A stretch of 64,000 bases of DNA from Thermoproteota archaeon (GTDB taxonomy: Archaea > Thermoproteota > Nitrososphaeria_A > Caldarchaeales > Calditenuaceae): NCBI GenBank assembly GCA_030550235.1, contig JAUQPU010000001.1, forward strand, positions 381,068 to 445,067, in the 5' to 3' direction. Below are positions 28,963 to 39,106 of the stretch, piece by piece (the first letter of the stretch is position 1; each line of letters opens with the position of its first letter). A program made the translations under genes and the position numbers. The notes under the pieces were generated by a model. The model did no database searches. It was not told the origin of the DNA and was given only the letters and a program-made list of their open reading frames with translations.

Positions 28963-30228
28963 TTGGTTCAAGTCTCTGACCTTTATGCATTTATCCCAGT
29001 AGGGGGCATGGCTAAGAGGCTCCAACCCCTGACGTTAGAGGTGTCTAAAGCCCTTATTAGGTTTCTGGGAAGACCCCTAATCGAGTACACCATAATCCAT
29101 CTGGCACAGCAGGGGGTTAGGAACTTCATCTTCGGTGTGAAGGGATATATAAATTATCGCTCCCTCTTCGACTATTTCCAAGAGGGGCATGGAATCTCCC
29201 TGAAATATGGAATAACCCCGCGAATATCCATAAAATATCAACCGAATGTCGATGACGTCGGGAATGCAGACAGCTTCCTGATAAATTTGGAATACTATAA
29301 TGTAAGCTCGCCTGCAATCGTGGCTCAAGGTGATAATGTCTTTAACCTAGACCTGAGGGCTTTGCTAGACTTTCACGAGGAGAACTCCGCCTTCGTCACT
29401 GTGGGCGTGAAGCGCGTATCTGATCCGTCGGCCTACGGCGTGGTTGAGGTTGATGGAAAGGGTAGGGTGAATAGCTTTGTGGAGAAGCCTCCTAGAGACG
29501 CGGCCCCATCAAACCTAGCCAGCACAGGAATCTATCTATTCTCATCAGACGCTAGGAGAATCTGTCTCGACCCTGAGATAAGGGCGAGGAAGGCCACTCT
29601 CAGGCGGCTCGACTTCGGCCTAGACCTAATCCCCTACCTAATTAAGAAGGGGTTCCGAGTATACGCATACGAGATAAAGGGAGAATGGTATGATGTTGGA
29701 ACACCGGAGCTCTATCTCGAGTCAATGATGAGGATTATGGATAGCGGATTGATGAATGTCTTTTTCGGGGAGACTATTTACGAGTCGGACAACTCGAGGC
29801 TCTGGATACTCGGACAGAGCCAGGCATCCATGCAAAGGAAGGAGGAGATTCTCAGAAAGGTCAGGGAGGGTAGAATCAAGATAAACGGGAACGTCCTCAT
29901 TGGTAGACACTGCCAGATCGGTGATGACGTCATCATTGGAGACTCGTATATTGATAACTACTGCTTTATAGGCGATGGTGTGACAATTGAGAGATCGGCC
30001 CTCCACGACCGCGTTTACGTCGGGGAAGGAGCCTATATTCAAGACGCAATAATAGCGCGCCACGCGAAGATACTTTCCTCCCGGACCGAGCCTACAGTTG
30101 TTTTAGGCGTTAGCATCGTGGGTGATAACGCGGTGATTGAAAAAGGCTCCTTCCTGACCAACGCAAGGATAGAGCCCCACTCCTATATTTCGCGAGAGGC
30201 TGTTCTCGCGAAAAAGGAGTCAACATAG
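28963..30228 (+). CDS. Sugar-phosphate nucleotidyltransferase with C-terminal left-handed beta-helix (GlmU/RmlA/mannose-1-P guanylyltransferase-like)
   Basis: 421 aa; N-terminal IPVGG..KRL.PLT nucleotidyltransferase motif; C-terminal hexapeptide-repeat region. Confidence 0.8.
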   Translation: MVQVSDLYAFIPVGGMAKRLQPLTLEVSKALIRFLGRPLIEYTIIHLAQQGVRNFIFGVKGYINYRSLFDYFQEGHGISLKYGITPRISIKYQPNVDDVGNADSFLINLEYYNVSSPAIVAQGDNVFNLDLRALLDFHEENSAFVTVGVKRVSDPSAYGVVEVDGKGRVNSFVEKPPRDAAPSNLASTGIYLFSSDARRICLDPEIRARKATLRRLDFGLDLIPYLIKKGFRVYAYEIKGEWYDVGTPELYLESMMRIMDSGLMNVFFGETIYESDNSRLWILGQSQASMQRKEEILRKVREGRIKINGNVLIGRHCQIGDDVIIGDSYIDNYCFIGDGVTIERSALHDRVYVGEGAYIQDAIIARHAKILSSRTEPTVVLGVSIVGDNAVIEKGSFLTNARIEPHSYISREAVLAKKEST

Positions 30229-30253
30229 GGATGCCACAATCCTAACTACTAGC

Positions 30254-30472
30254 TTATCTAGGGCCCTGCTTTTTCTGTTCTTCAATGTAGATGGCTGTTA
30301 TCATGTGGGCTATCCCACCACAGTTCGGACACTTCTCCTCGATATTGCTGAATATGTAGTCGCCCTCTTTGTGTGGTCTTGTGTGTATAGAGCCGCAGTT
30401 CAGGCATTTAAGCTGTGTTAGGACGTTGAAGGGTATTGCTCTCGCCTTGGTGAGAGCACCTCCCTGCCCCAC
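30254..30472 (-). CDS. Small zinc-ribbon protein
   Basis: 72 aa; two CxxC pairs (CLNCG...CPNCG) forming a zinc ribbon; downstream of and co-directional with the DUF1512-like gene. Confidence 0.45.
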   Translation of the reverse strand: MGQGGALTKARAIPFNVLTQLKCLNCGSIHTRPHKEGDYIFSNIEEKCPNCGGIAHMITAIYIEEQKKQGPR

Positions 30473-30507
30473 TCCTTCTACCGTATCGTCCAGTCAGAGC
30501 CCACCTC

Positions 30508-31668
30508 CTAGAGCCCCACACCTATCGTGTTTCCTATACCAGCTATAATAGCTGTACCGTTGGTGGGGACCTTGTCTCTTATCAGCTCTTTAAGTCTATT
30601 CACCACCGTATCTGCTGATTTTACAATACTCTCTCTCATAGGAGTTATCGCCTCAAGTATGGACTGGTATATTACGATGGCGTAGAGTGGAACATTCTTC
30701 TCCTTTGCAAGTGTCTCTATCTTGAACTTGTCAATGCCGGGGCCGCCTATAGCCACGCCTACCCCCTCAGCTATCTTTCCAGTCTCCTCGCCCTCCAGCT
30801 TCAGGGCAGCATCAATAGTGATTATCAGGTCTGGCTTAGTATCCATATCGTAGACGAGCTTCTTCACGGCCTCACCCGGCCGCCCCACAGTCCCTCCAGG
30901 CCCGATAGGCCTAACCACATACACCTTCCTACCCTCAAATTCGACGACATCAAGCCAAGTATCTTTAGCAATCTCTGTCTCAGATATCTTCTTACTCTCC
31001 CTGACAAACTTGGCAGCCGATAATACACCTATCCCATCTCCTATAGGTAGCCCCTTAATGAAAGCATATGAGGCCTGCCTATACGACTCCGCCAGCTCCA
31101 TAATCATAGGAAGCTGTATCTGTATCTGTAGAGCTAGGAAATAATTCGATGTCCTCTTACCCTGGAGATAATAGTGCCTGACAATTCTGTAAATTAGATT
31201 GAGCGCCCTTGCAACCTCCACAAGGTTAGAGAGGCTCTTAACCCGGTGGATATCCGCCTTTGATGCCAGCCTAGCCACACTCTCCTCAAACCTAGCATCA
31301 CCAATCTCAAGTATATGCTCCAGCTTGTAGACTATCCCATTAGGGTCCATAGACTCTGGCGAGATATAGAAGAACTCCAGTAAACCGTCTAGCTCCTTCT
31401 CTATCGCTGGCGAGTCCTTATTGCCGTCAACATACATCTTAATACTGTTTATTGCCTGCTCCCTTACCTCATCCTTAATCTGCTTAAGGATAGCAAGTCT
31501 CTTCTCTATGTATCTGAGGACAAAGGCTAGTTGGGTCCTCTGACCAAAGTAGGGGTAGATGAAGAAGAATGACAGCAAAAAAAGGAACCATACTACCTGT
31601 AATAAGAAAGATAGGGAATCGCCTGTAGTGGGTGTGAGTGTTGCCACGGCTCCTCTTTTAAATATCAC
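30508..31668 (-). CDS. Membrane-anchored hypothetical protein (archaeal DUF1512-like, tentative)
   Basis: 386 aa; single N-terminal TM helix followed by a soluble domain; family assignment from memory only. Confidence 0.45.
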   Translation of the reverse strand: MIFKRGAVATLTPTTGDSLSFLLQVVWFLFLLSFFFIYPYFGQRTQLAFVLRYIEKRLAILKQIKDEVREQAINSIKMYVDGNKDSPAIEKELDGLLEFFYISPESMDPNGIVYKLEHILEIGDARFEESVARLASKADIHRVKSLSNLVEVARALNLIYRIVRHYYLQGKRTSNYFLALQIQIQLPMIMELAESYRQASYAFIKGLPIGDGIGVLSAAKFVRESKKISETEIAKDTWLDVVEFEGRKVYVVRPIGPGGTVGRPGEAVKKLVYDMDTKPDLIITIDAALKLEGEETGKIAEGVGVAIGGPGIDKFKIETLAKEKNVPLYAIVIYQSILEAITPMRESIVKSADTVVNRLKELIRDKVPTNGTAIIAGIGNTIGVGL

Positions 31669-31798
31669 GTGATGCTCATAAATGTATCGCCGACTGTGTC
31701 TAACGGTGTGTCGGGGGTTTAGAGACCCTCCCTCTATCGCCTTGGAGGGAAAGTTTAAGGCTGAGTATTGGATGTTAAGACAAGGTTAAGAGTATAGG

Positions 31799-32638
31799 AT
31801 GCGTTGCAGTAGATGCGGCGCAGAGGAGGTATTGCCTTTCAAGTGCGCCTACTGTGGCGACTACTTCTGCTCTAAGCACAGGCTTCCCGAGACCCATGAG
31901 TGTAAAGCCCTATACCTCGCACGAAACATAGTCGAGATTGAGAGGAGGGAGTCAAGGCCTTCTGGCAGTTCTTCCCGGCATGCCACAATGCTGGCGGTAA
32001 AGACAGAGATGATCTTCTCGAGGCTTACAGCCATGGAGAGGGGGTCTGAGGTGCTCCACCTTGCCGCTGGTTCCTGTATCGTAGCGGGTGTTGCCTTCTC
32101 GATGATCTATTCTTTAGCCGCATGGATGGGGGCTTCCTTAATAGCCATCGTCGTAGCTTCAGTAGTTGCTTCATTCCTAGCACACGAGCTCGCCCATAAG
32201 ATCGAGGCAATGAGACAGGGTCACTGGGCCAGGTTCAGACTAAATCTGTTCGGCTCAATTATAAGCCTCTTATCAATCCTTCTCCCAATCAAATTTTTAG
32301 CGCCGGGTGCGGTAGTTATCTTCGGCCAAGTAACCCAGCGCGGAGTCGCAAGGGTAGCGGCCGCTGGCCCTATTGTCAACCTGGTGGTTGCAGCCATCCT
32401 CCTCCCGTTCATCTACATATCCTACGCACTCCTTGGTTTGTTAGACGCTACTTTCTCAAATGCCCTGCTTCTGATTGGGCATCTGAATATACTCATGGGC
32501 CTGATAAATCTCATACCTCTAGGCCCCCTAGACGGTTTAAAGATAATTACGACCTCTTTTAGGGCTTGGGCGTCATATATGTCCGTGGCCATTATTCTTT
32601 ACATCGTCTATCATTTCCGCCTACCTATACTCGTTTAG
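31799..32638 (+). CDS. AN1-type zinc finger fused to a site-2-protease-like (M50 family) intramembrane zinc metalloprotease
   Basis: 279 aa; N-terminal C-x2-C...C-x2-C...C-x4-H-x-C AN1 finger; TM helices carrying HELAH (HExxH) and NLIPLGPLDG (LDG) motifs characteristic of S2P/M50. Confidence 0.6.
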   Translation: MRCSRCGAEEVLPFKCAYCGDYFCSKHRLPETHECKALYLARNIVEIERRESRPSGSSSRHATMLAVKTEMIFSRLTAMERGSEVLHLAAGSCIVAGVAFSMIYSLAAWMGASLIAIVVASVVASFLAHELAHKIEAMRQGHWARFRLNLFGSIISLLSILLPIKFLAPGAVVIFGQVTQRGVARVAAAGPIVNLVVAAILLPFIYISYALLGLLDATFSNALLLIGHLNILMGLINLIPLGPLDGLKIITTSFRAWASYMSVAIILYIVYHFRLPILV

Positions 32639-32649
32639 GGGTCGCGGGG

Positions 32650-33756
32650 CTACTTTTTCTTACTGGTGATTCTCTCCTCCTTCCACTCCTTTAGGGGACC
32701 GGTTAAGATGTATCGTGCATTCCGGAACTCGTTGATGTTTGAGGCGCCACAGAGCGCGACTGCGACCCTTAGCTCTTCTTCTAGGCGCTCTATCAGACTC
32801 TTAACCTCCTCCACCCCCTGTACCGCAGCCTTCAGGAATGGCATGGCAACTCCACCCATAACGGCTCCTAGGATGATTATCTTGGCGACTTCAAGTCCAT
32901 TCCTTATCCCGCCCGAGCCTACAACCTCGAGACCTTTAACCTGAGAGACCTCTAGGATGGAGGCAGCTGTGGGTATCCCCCATTCCTGAAAAACCTCTGC
33001 CAGACGGGCCCTGTCTTGTCTCCCGGCCTCAATAGCCCTCATTCTTTCAATCTCAACCCAGCTAGTCCCGCCTCTACCTGCAACATCAACAGCCGATACA
33101 CCTATATCTCGGAGGACAACAGCGTCCTCGTAGGAGATTCCGCATCCCACCTCCTTAACTATAACCGGGACACCAATCTCCCTACAGAGACGGCGGGTCT
33201 GCGTTAGAAAGCCCCTGAATCTTCTATCCCCTTCAGGCTGTATAATCTCTTGGAGAGTGTTAACATGTACAGCTATGGCGTCGGCGTCAATCATCTTCAC
33301 AGCCTCCCATGCAAGCTCGACACCATGCTGTACCAGCTGGGCTGCTCCAATATTGGCTATCAAGAAGACATTGGGGCCTGCCTCTCTTGCAACTCTAAAG
33401 GTCTGTCTGAGCTCGGGGTTAGCGATCGCGGCCCTCTGGCTCCCCACACCCATGGGGATTCCAGCTTTCTCAGCAGCCTCCGCCAGCCTAGCATTTATCT
33501 TCGCAGCTTCCTCAGTCCCACCAGTCATACCCTCAATCAGGAGAGGTGCCGAGAATTTCCTACCTAGGAAGGATACTGTGATGTCAACTTCATCGATGTT
33601 AATGTCAGGGACAGCCCTTGGGATGAGGTGCACATATTCAAGCCAGTTGCTCCCCCTTTGTACAGAGGCATTTTCGAGCACTATCCTTATGTGGTCCCTC
33701 TTTCTCTCCGCAACGCCCATTATGTTTTCTGGAGCCTCCTTCGAGAATCGAGTCAC
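32650..33756 (-). CDS. fni: Isopentenyl-diphosphate delta-isomerase, type 2 (FMN-dependent)
   Basis: 368 aa; KRDHI...P..IEGMTGG...NVFLIANIGAAQL...GGIRNGLEVAK motifs of IDI-2. Confidence 0.9.
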   Translation of the reverse strand: MTRFSKEAPENIMGVAERKRDHIRIVLENASVQRGSNWLEYVHLIPRAVPDINIDEVDITVSFLGRKFSAPLLIEGMTGGTEEAAKINARLAEAAEKAGIPMGVGSQRAAIANPELRQTFRVAREAGPNVFLIANIGAAQLVQHGVELAWEAVKMIDADAIAVHVNTLQEIIQPEGDRRFRGFLTQTRRLCREIGVPVIVKEVGCGISYEDAVVLRDIGVSAVDVAGRGGTSWVEIERMRAIEAGRQDRARLAEVFQEWGIPTAASILEVSQVKGLEVVGSGGIRNGLEVAKIIILGAVMGGVAMPFLKAAVQGVEEVKSLIERLEEELRVAVALCGASNINEFRNARYILTGPLKEWKEERITSKKK

Positions 33757-33765
33757 GGCTAAATA

Positions 33766-34008
33766 TTAAGCGTTAACCTCTTCAACAGGCTCCTCCGCCT
33801 TCTTTTCCTCGCTCTCCTTTAGCCGTCTCTTGACCAGAGCGGTTAGATAACCTGCCACGTTGTTTATGAGCCGCTGCGACACGGTTCCCGCCAACACTTC
33901 CTTCGCTAGCAGCTTGTTTGATTGGAAATCTGGCTTGACCTTGTCCGGGTAGTTCTCAAGTATCTCAGCGGCTAATACCTTAACCTTCCTAGTGCGTATC
34001 TTACCCAA
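33766..34008 (-). CDS. rps17e: 30S ribosomal protein S17e
   Basis: 80 aa; MGKIRTRKVK...NKLLA..V.G..S..LIN.VAGYLT signature of S17e. Confidence 0.9.
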   Translation of the reverse strand: MGKIRTRKVKVLAAEILENYPDKVKPDFQSNKLLAKEVLAGTVSQRLINNVAGYLTALVKRRLKESEEKKAEEPVEEVNA

Positions 34009-34076
34009 TCCCTAATCCGACCCCATGGCGGCATGTTATTAATGTTGACCCCACCCATGCGCGTGTCTGGAATTTG

Positions 34077-35159
34077 CTAGGATGCTGGCTTGAGCCTGTT
34101 TTTAAGCCTGTCAAGCTCTCTCGGCTTAAGTGTTTGCGTCTTTGACTCGGGTATAACCCCGCTCGGCCTGAAAAACATCACTATTAGGAGTGTAGTGCTT
34201 AGGAGGAGTGGTGTGAGCCAGACAACGTCGAAGGGGAGGTAGAGCTGTAGCTCTCTCTTGAAGACGTCTATGAGGCGTGAGGAGGCCATAAATATTAGGA
34301 CGCCGAGAGCCGTGCCCCAGTTGTTTGCGGCACCGCCGACCAGCACCATAACCCAGGGTATGAAGGTATGGTTGGTCCTACTATAGTTCTTCGCATTCAC
34401 AGCTCCTGTAGTCAATGCGAGCATCGCGCCAGCCAGGCCCGCCAATGCACCGGCAAGTATAATCGTCTTCCTCTTAACACTCACAACGTCTCGCCCAAGC
34501 GCTTGAGCCAGCACCTCATCATCCCTAATCGACTTGAGAAGCCTACCATAAGGCGACTTAGTCAACAACTCCACGAAAATAAAAACTAGGAAAGCAAGAC
34601 CCACTAGTAAAGCAGTCAGGACGTAGTTCCTAGTGGGGACTGGTATCCACCCGAGAAAACTAGGCACAAAGACCCCTAAAGTCCCTCCGATAAGATTCTT
34701 ATAGTTATCGCCAATGAGTATGAGTATCTCTCCCATCGCCAGCAGTGTCATGGCTAGGTACTCCTCCTTCAGCCTAACGGCGGGGATGCTTGAGACGAGC
34801 CCGAGACCTGCACCCGCAAGCATGGCGGCAATCAGTGAAAAGATTAGAATAAGGGTTGAAAATAGAGGTTCTCTTGCGAGAATATCATTTATCCTTGGCA
34901 TAATCTGTGCATGGTTGTCGAAATAGTTCAGCCCCTCCCCCAGGTTATAGAGTGCAGCTATGAGCTGTCCTGGGAGCGCGCCGACCAGAAATGCTCCACC
35001 CGACACGCAGAGCACCTTACCGAAGTTGGGGATTCCTCCAAACCCATACTCGAGGTTGAGGCTGAGAGATATTACGAGGTAGGCGGCTATCCATGGAGCA
35101 AGATCTAGAAGAAATCTAATGAGTTGGTCGGGGGAAATCATCTCGCGGCCCGCACCCAC
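34077..35159 (-). CDS. livM: Branched-chain amino acid ABC transporter permease (LivM type)
   Basis: 360 aa polytopic; LivM-family permease; overlaps livH by 22 nt. Confidence 0.8.
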   Translation of the reverse strand: MGAGREMISPDQLIRFLLDLAPWIAAYLVISLSLNLEYGFGGIPNFGKVLCVSGGAFLVGALPGQLIAALYNLGEGLNYFDNHAQIMPRINDILAREPLFSTLILIFSLIAAMLAGAGLGLVSSIPAVRLKEEYLAMTLLAMGEILILIGDNYKNLIGGTLGVFVPSFLGWIPVPTRNYVLTALLVGLAFLVFIFVELLTKSPYGRLLKSIRDDEVLAQALGRDVVSVKRKTIILAGALAGLAGAMLALTTGAVNAKNYSRTNHTFIPWVMVLVGGAANNWGTALGVLIFMASSRLIDVFKRELQLYLPFDVVWLTPLLLSTTLLIVMFFRPSGVIPESKTQTLKPRELDRLKNRLKPAS

Positions 35160-36052
35160 CTGAGGGTAATAGACGTTATTCCCTGAGGTATTGTGAGTAG
35201 GACGATCGACATTATTAGCAGCGGTATGATCGGCCGGTATTGTATTATTTCTGTGAAGCCTAACGCCGCTATCATCTGTGGTATAAGAGAGTTGGCTGCT
35301 CCCACCATAACCCCGCCGGCAAGCGACCCGAATATGCTAGATAGCCCTCCTAGGATGCTGGATGCGAATATCGTGGGTAGGAAGTCGTCACCTGCCGTAG
35401 TTGTGACGGGAAGCCACATGGCATATATTAAGCCAGAGAACCCTCCCAGCAACCCTGCAATAAACCATGCCAGCATGTACATTCTCTCGATATTGATGCC
35501 TAACACTTGAGCTAAATCTGGATTTTCTATTGAGGCCCTTAGAGCTACCCCTGTCCGTGTCTTGTTGAGAAAGATATAGAGAAGAATTGTGGATAAGATG
35601 ACCGAGGCCAGTGATAATAGCATAACTAGAGGAATGGACTCTATTTCGAGATCGAATGATCTAAGGGCTATGTAGTTGGTCCTAACCTTATATGTCTTGC
35701 CGAAATAGTCTGCTAGAATGCTCATGACCCCAAAGATGAAGAAAGCCACAGTCAATGTCGCAATCATCTGGTAAGTTGGTGAAGCCCCTCTCTTCCGGAG
35801 TGGATTCAAAACTATCCTGTATTGCGCCACGGAGACCAGACCGCCGAGAAGAGCGGAGGCCCAGAGAACCTCATAGGGACTCCTATGCAGGATTTGGGCC
35901 CAGTACACCGCCATGTATGCACCAGTCGTGAGGAATGATCCGTGGGCAAAGTTTGGGACGCGGGTGGTCAGATAAGTGAGGGTCAGGCCAACACTCGACA
36001 TGGCCGCGATACCAGAGAAGACAAGTGTGTTTACTATCGCCGGGTCGATCAA
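35138..36052 (-). CDS. livH: Branched-chain amino acid ABC transporter permease (LivH type)
   Basis: 304 aa polytopic; LivH-family permease. Confidence 0.8.
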   Translation of the reverse strand: MIDPAIVNTLVFSGIAAMSSVGLTLTYLTTRVPNFAHGSFLTTGAYMAVYWAQILHRSPYEVLWASALLGGLVSVAQYRIVLNPLRKRGASPTYQMIATLTVAFFIFGVMSILADYFGKTYKVRTNYIALRSFDLEIESIPLVMLLSLASVILSTILLYIFLNKTRTGVALRASIENPDLAQVLGINIERMYMLAWFIAGLLGGFSGLIYAMWLPVTTTAGDDFLPTIFASSILGGLSSIFGSLAGGVMVGAANSLIPQMIAALGFTEIIQYRPIIPLLIMSIVLLTIPQGITSITLRWVRAAR

Positions 36053-36110
36053 GGAGCTAATCTATTGAATAATAAGGGTCTAAATTTAAAGTTTATATAC
36101 TGTAAGCCTC

Positions 36111-37592
36111 TTGGCATTACTTACAATGACCAACTCCAGTCTACGCGCGATTTCAACAGCCGCCGCGATAGGGTTGCTGATAGTCGGGCTGATCGTGGGT
36201 GGTGTCTTAGGAATCTTTTTGGCGCCATCCTTTAGCCCTCCAACCACGCTGACAACTACTGTTGTTCAGCAGCGGACTATTGTTCAGGAGAGAACACTAA
36301 CCACTACCGTGGGTCAGCAGCCTCAGGCGGTTAGTCCATTGCCACCGATTCTGGCACAGTCGGTAGTCAAGCTAGGAGACGGGCTTCCCTACATTCCCGC
36401 CTCTCTATTGGAAAAGGGAGTGACGTTAAGTGGTGAGATACGGATTGGAGCACTGCTCAGCTTGTCTGGTGACTTGAGGACATTCGGTGAAAATCATCGG
36501 ACCTCTCTAGAACTTGCTAGAGACGACATTAATGCTTGGCTTTCCAAGCGCGGTATTAACCTCAGGGTTGTTTTAGAGATTGAGGACACAGCTACGCAGC
36601 CCGAGCAGGCCCTCGCAAAGCTTCAGGCACTCGCCGCCCGTGGAGTGAAGATAGTTGCAGGCCCATTAAGCAGCCGTGAGGTTAGAAACCTTAAGACCTA
36701 CGCCGACGAGAACAATATACTCGTCGTCAGCCAATCCTCAACAGCCGTCGACTTGGCCGTACCAAGCGACAACATATTCAGGTTCATACCCGACGATAGA
36801 AAGCAGGGCCCAGCACTGGCCCGTTTAATGTGGGATGCAGGGATCCGGTACTATGTACCCATCTGGAGAGGAGACACGTATGGTGACGGTCTCAAGAGTG
36901 CTACTGAGAGCGCCTTCAAGAGGCTAGGCGGCACAGTAGACTCTGGGATAAGGTACAACCCAGACGCCAAGGAGTTTGCCACCGAGATCGCGACGCTTGA
37001 GAGTAAAGTGAGGGATGCGATATCAAGGTATGGGCAAGGTGCCGTGGCTGTTCACCTGATCTCCTTTGAAGAGGCTGTATTAATTCTACAGGAGGCGGCG
37101 AAGCGTGACGTCTTGCGGTCCGTTAGATGGTTTGGAAGTGACGGTACAGCCGGCTCAGGCGACATACAGAACGATGCGACATCCGCACAGTTCAACATTG
37201 ACACAAAATTCCTTCACACAATTTATGCAGCAACCACAAGCGACATATTCGAACGGGTCAGAGACAGAGTTAAACAGGTGTATGGAAGGGAGCCTGACAC
37301 CTATACATACACGATGTATGACATCCTCTGGGTCTTAGCACTCTCGATACTTACTGTTGATAAGTACGATACGACGGCGGTTAAGGGCGTCCTCCCAATC
37401 GTAAGCAGCCAATACTTCGGAGCATCAGGATGGACAGTCCTAAACGAGAGCGGTGATAGGGTCGGCGGAGACTATGACGTCTGGGCGATTGAAAAAGTTG
37501 GCGAGAAGTACGAATGGAAGATCGTCGGGAAATACCTGGCATCCACAGACACTGTAGCCTGGGCGCGTGGATACGAAGGGAAATACACTTAA
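36111..37592 (+). CDS. ABC transporter substrate-binding protein (Leu/Ile/Val-binding type I PBP family), membrane-anchored with Thr-rich linker
   Basis: 493 aa; N-terminal TM helix, low-complexity T/V/Q linker (PTTLTTTVVQQRTIVQERTLTTTVGQQPQ), then type-I periplasmic-binding fold. Confidence 0.8.
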   Translation: MALLTMTNSSLRAISTAAAIGLLIVGLIVGGVLGIFLAPSFSPPTTLTTTVVQQRTIVQERTLTTTVGQQPQAVSPLPPILAQSVVKLGDGLPYIPASLLEKGVTLSGEIRIGALLSLSGDLRTFGENHRTSLELARDDINAWLSKRGINLRVVLEIEDTATQPEQALAKLQALAARGVKIVAGPLSSREVRNLKTYADENNILVVSQSSTAVDLAVPSDNIFRFIPDDRKQGPALARLMWDAGIRYYVPIWRGDTYGDGLKSATESAFKRLGGTVDSGIRYNPDAKEFATEIATLESKVRDAISRYGQGAVAVHLISFEEAVLILQEAAKRDVLRSVRWFGSDGTAGSGDIQNDATSAQFNIDTKFLHTIYAATTSDIFERVRDRVKQVYGREPDTYTYTMYDILWVLALSILTVDKYDTTAVKGVLPIVSSQYFGASGWTVLNESGDRVGGDYDVWAIEKVGEKYEWKIVGKYLASTDTVAWARGYEGKYT

Positions 37593-37625
37593 ATCTCTGA
37601 GTATTTTTTAAGATTTTTAAAGGAA

Positions 37626-38396
37626 TTGGACGACGGTCTAGTGAAATGTTTAGAGCTGGTAAAGAGCTTCGGTGGTGTTAGGGCAGTCGAGGGAGTAAAC
37701 CTCTCGCTACATGCAGGGGTCTTCTCCCTTCTGATAGGCCCCAACGGCAGCGGGAAGAGCACACTAATCAACCTGATCGCTGGCTACTATTACCCTGACA
37801 GTGGGAAAATATTGATGCATGGGAAGGATATTACGCGCCTCAAGCCTCATGAGCGTTTTAGCATTGGGCTGGTTAGGACTTTCCAGACTGCAAGACTCTT
37901 CACGAGCCTAACAGTGCTTGATAACCTCTTGCTGGCTGCTGGGACCACTGAGGGGGAGAATATCCGGATTGCACCATTTAGGCGTAAATGGCTTGTTAGG
38001 GAGATGGAGATGGTCGAGAAGGCCTATCAAATCTTGGAGCTGGTGGGGCTGGAGAAGCTTAGAGACCAGCCTGCAGGGAAGCTTAGCGGAGGCCAGATGA
38101 AGCTCCTCGAGCTTGGCCGCGTAGTCATGAGCGGAGCCAGAGTAATCTTGATGGATGAGCCGACAGCGGGGCTTAACCCCGTGATAGCCGAGTCAGTCCT
38201 ATCCCATATACGCCGCCTTGTAACCGAGCTAGGCCTAGCCACCCTCCTAGTAGAGCATAGACTGGACCTGGCCATGAAGTATGCCGACAAGGTCTTCGCA
38301 ATGTTTAATGGACGGTTGATCGGGGAGGGGTCGCCGGAGGAGGTTCTCACAATCCCCGACGTTGTCGAGAGTTATCTTGGTGAAAGGCTGGCATGA
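37626..38396 (+). CDS. livG: ABC transporter ATP-binding protein (LivG type)
   Basis: 256 aa; Walker A GPNGSGKST, ABC signature LSGGQ, Walker B ILMDEP. Confidence 0.85.
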   Translation: MDDGLVKCLELVKSFGGVRAVEGVNLSLHAGVFSLLIGPNGSGKSTLINLIAGYYYPDSGKILMHGKDITRLKPHERFSIGLVRTFQTARLFTSLTVLDNLLLAAGTTEGENIRIAPFRRKWLVREMEMVEKAYQILELVGLEKLRDQPAGKLSGGQMKLLELGRVVMSGARVILMDEPTAGLNPVIAESVLSHIRRLVTELGLATLLVEHRLDLAMKYADKVFAMFNGRLIGEGSPEEVLTIPDVVESYLGERLA

Positions 38397-39106
38397 TAAC
38401 TGTTGAGGGTCTAGATGCAGGTTACGGCCGTCTCCAGATACTCTTTAATGTCTCTCTGAAGGCGCCGAGGGGTGAGATTACTGCCATACTAGGCCCCAAT
38501 GGCAGTGGAAAGAGCACCCTGCTTAAGAGCATATTTGGTCAGACCAGCATCTTTAAAGGCTCCATCAACCTGGATGGAGTTGAGCTGGCTGGGCGTCCCC
38601 CTCATAAGATTGCACGCCTAGGTGTAGCCTATCTACCCCAGCTCAACAACCTTTTCACGGGTCTCACTGTAAAGGAGAACCTGTTGATGAGTGGCTATAT
38701 GCTCTCAGAGGAAGAGAGAAGGGAGAGGTCGGAGGAAGTTCTGAGGTTCTTCCCCTTCCTCAGAGGCATGTTCAACAGGAAGGCCGCGACGCTAAGTGGT
38801 GGGGAGCGGCAGATGCTCTCGATAGGTATGGCATTGATGAGACGCCCACAAGTAATTATGCTGGATGAGCCTACAGCTAGTCTATCTCCGAAGATGGTCA
38901 ATATGGTGCTTGACGTTATAAAGAAGCTGAAGGACGACTATGGATTCACCATCCTCCTCGCTGAGCAGAGCGTTATTAAAGCCCTCAAGCTCTCAGACCA
39001 TGCAGCCCTGCTTGTTGGTGGAAGGGTCTTATTTGAGGGCGATCCATCCGAGCTACTAAATAATAGGGAGCTCGGCCGTATGTACTTGGGGCTGAGTGGC
39101 GCGTAA
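38393..39106 (+). CDS. livF: ABC transporter ATP-binding protein (LivF type)
   Basis: 237 aa; Walker A GPNGSGKST, signature LSGGE, Walker B IMLDEP; 4-nt overlap with livG. Confidence 0.85.
   Translation: MITVEGLDAGYGRLQILFNVSLKAPRGEITAILGPNGSGKSTLLKSIFGQTSIFKGSINLDGVELAGRPPHKIARLGVAYLPQLNNLFTGLTVKENLLMSGYMLSEEERRERSEEVLRFFPFLRGMFNRKAATLSGGERQMLSIGMALMRRPQVIMLDEPTASLSPKMVNMVLDVIKKLKDDYGFTILLAEQSVIKALKLSDHAALLVGGRVLFEGDPSELLNNRELGRMYLGLSGA

Noticed and set aside
31726-31749. Inverted repeat CCCTCC-12 nt-GGAGGG as a transcription terminator
   Set aside because: It lies in a divergent promoter/5' leader region between two outward-facing genes, not at a 3' end, and has no following T-tract; more likely a regulatory hairpin or chance.
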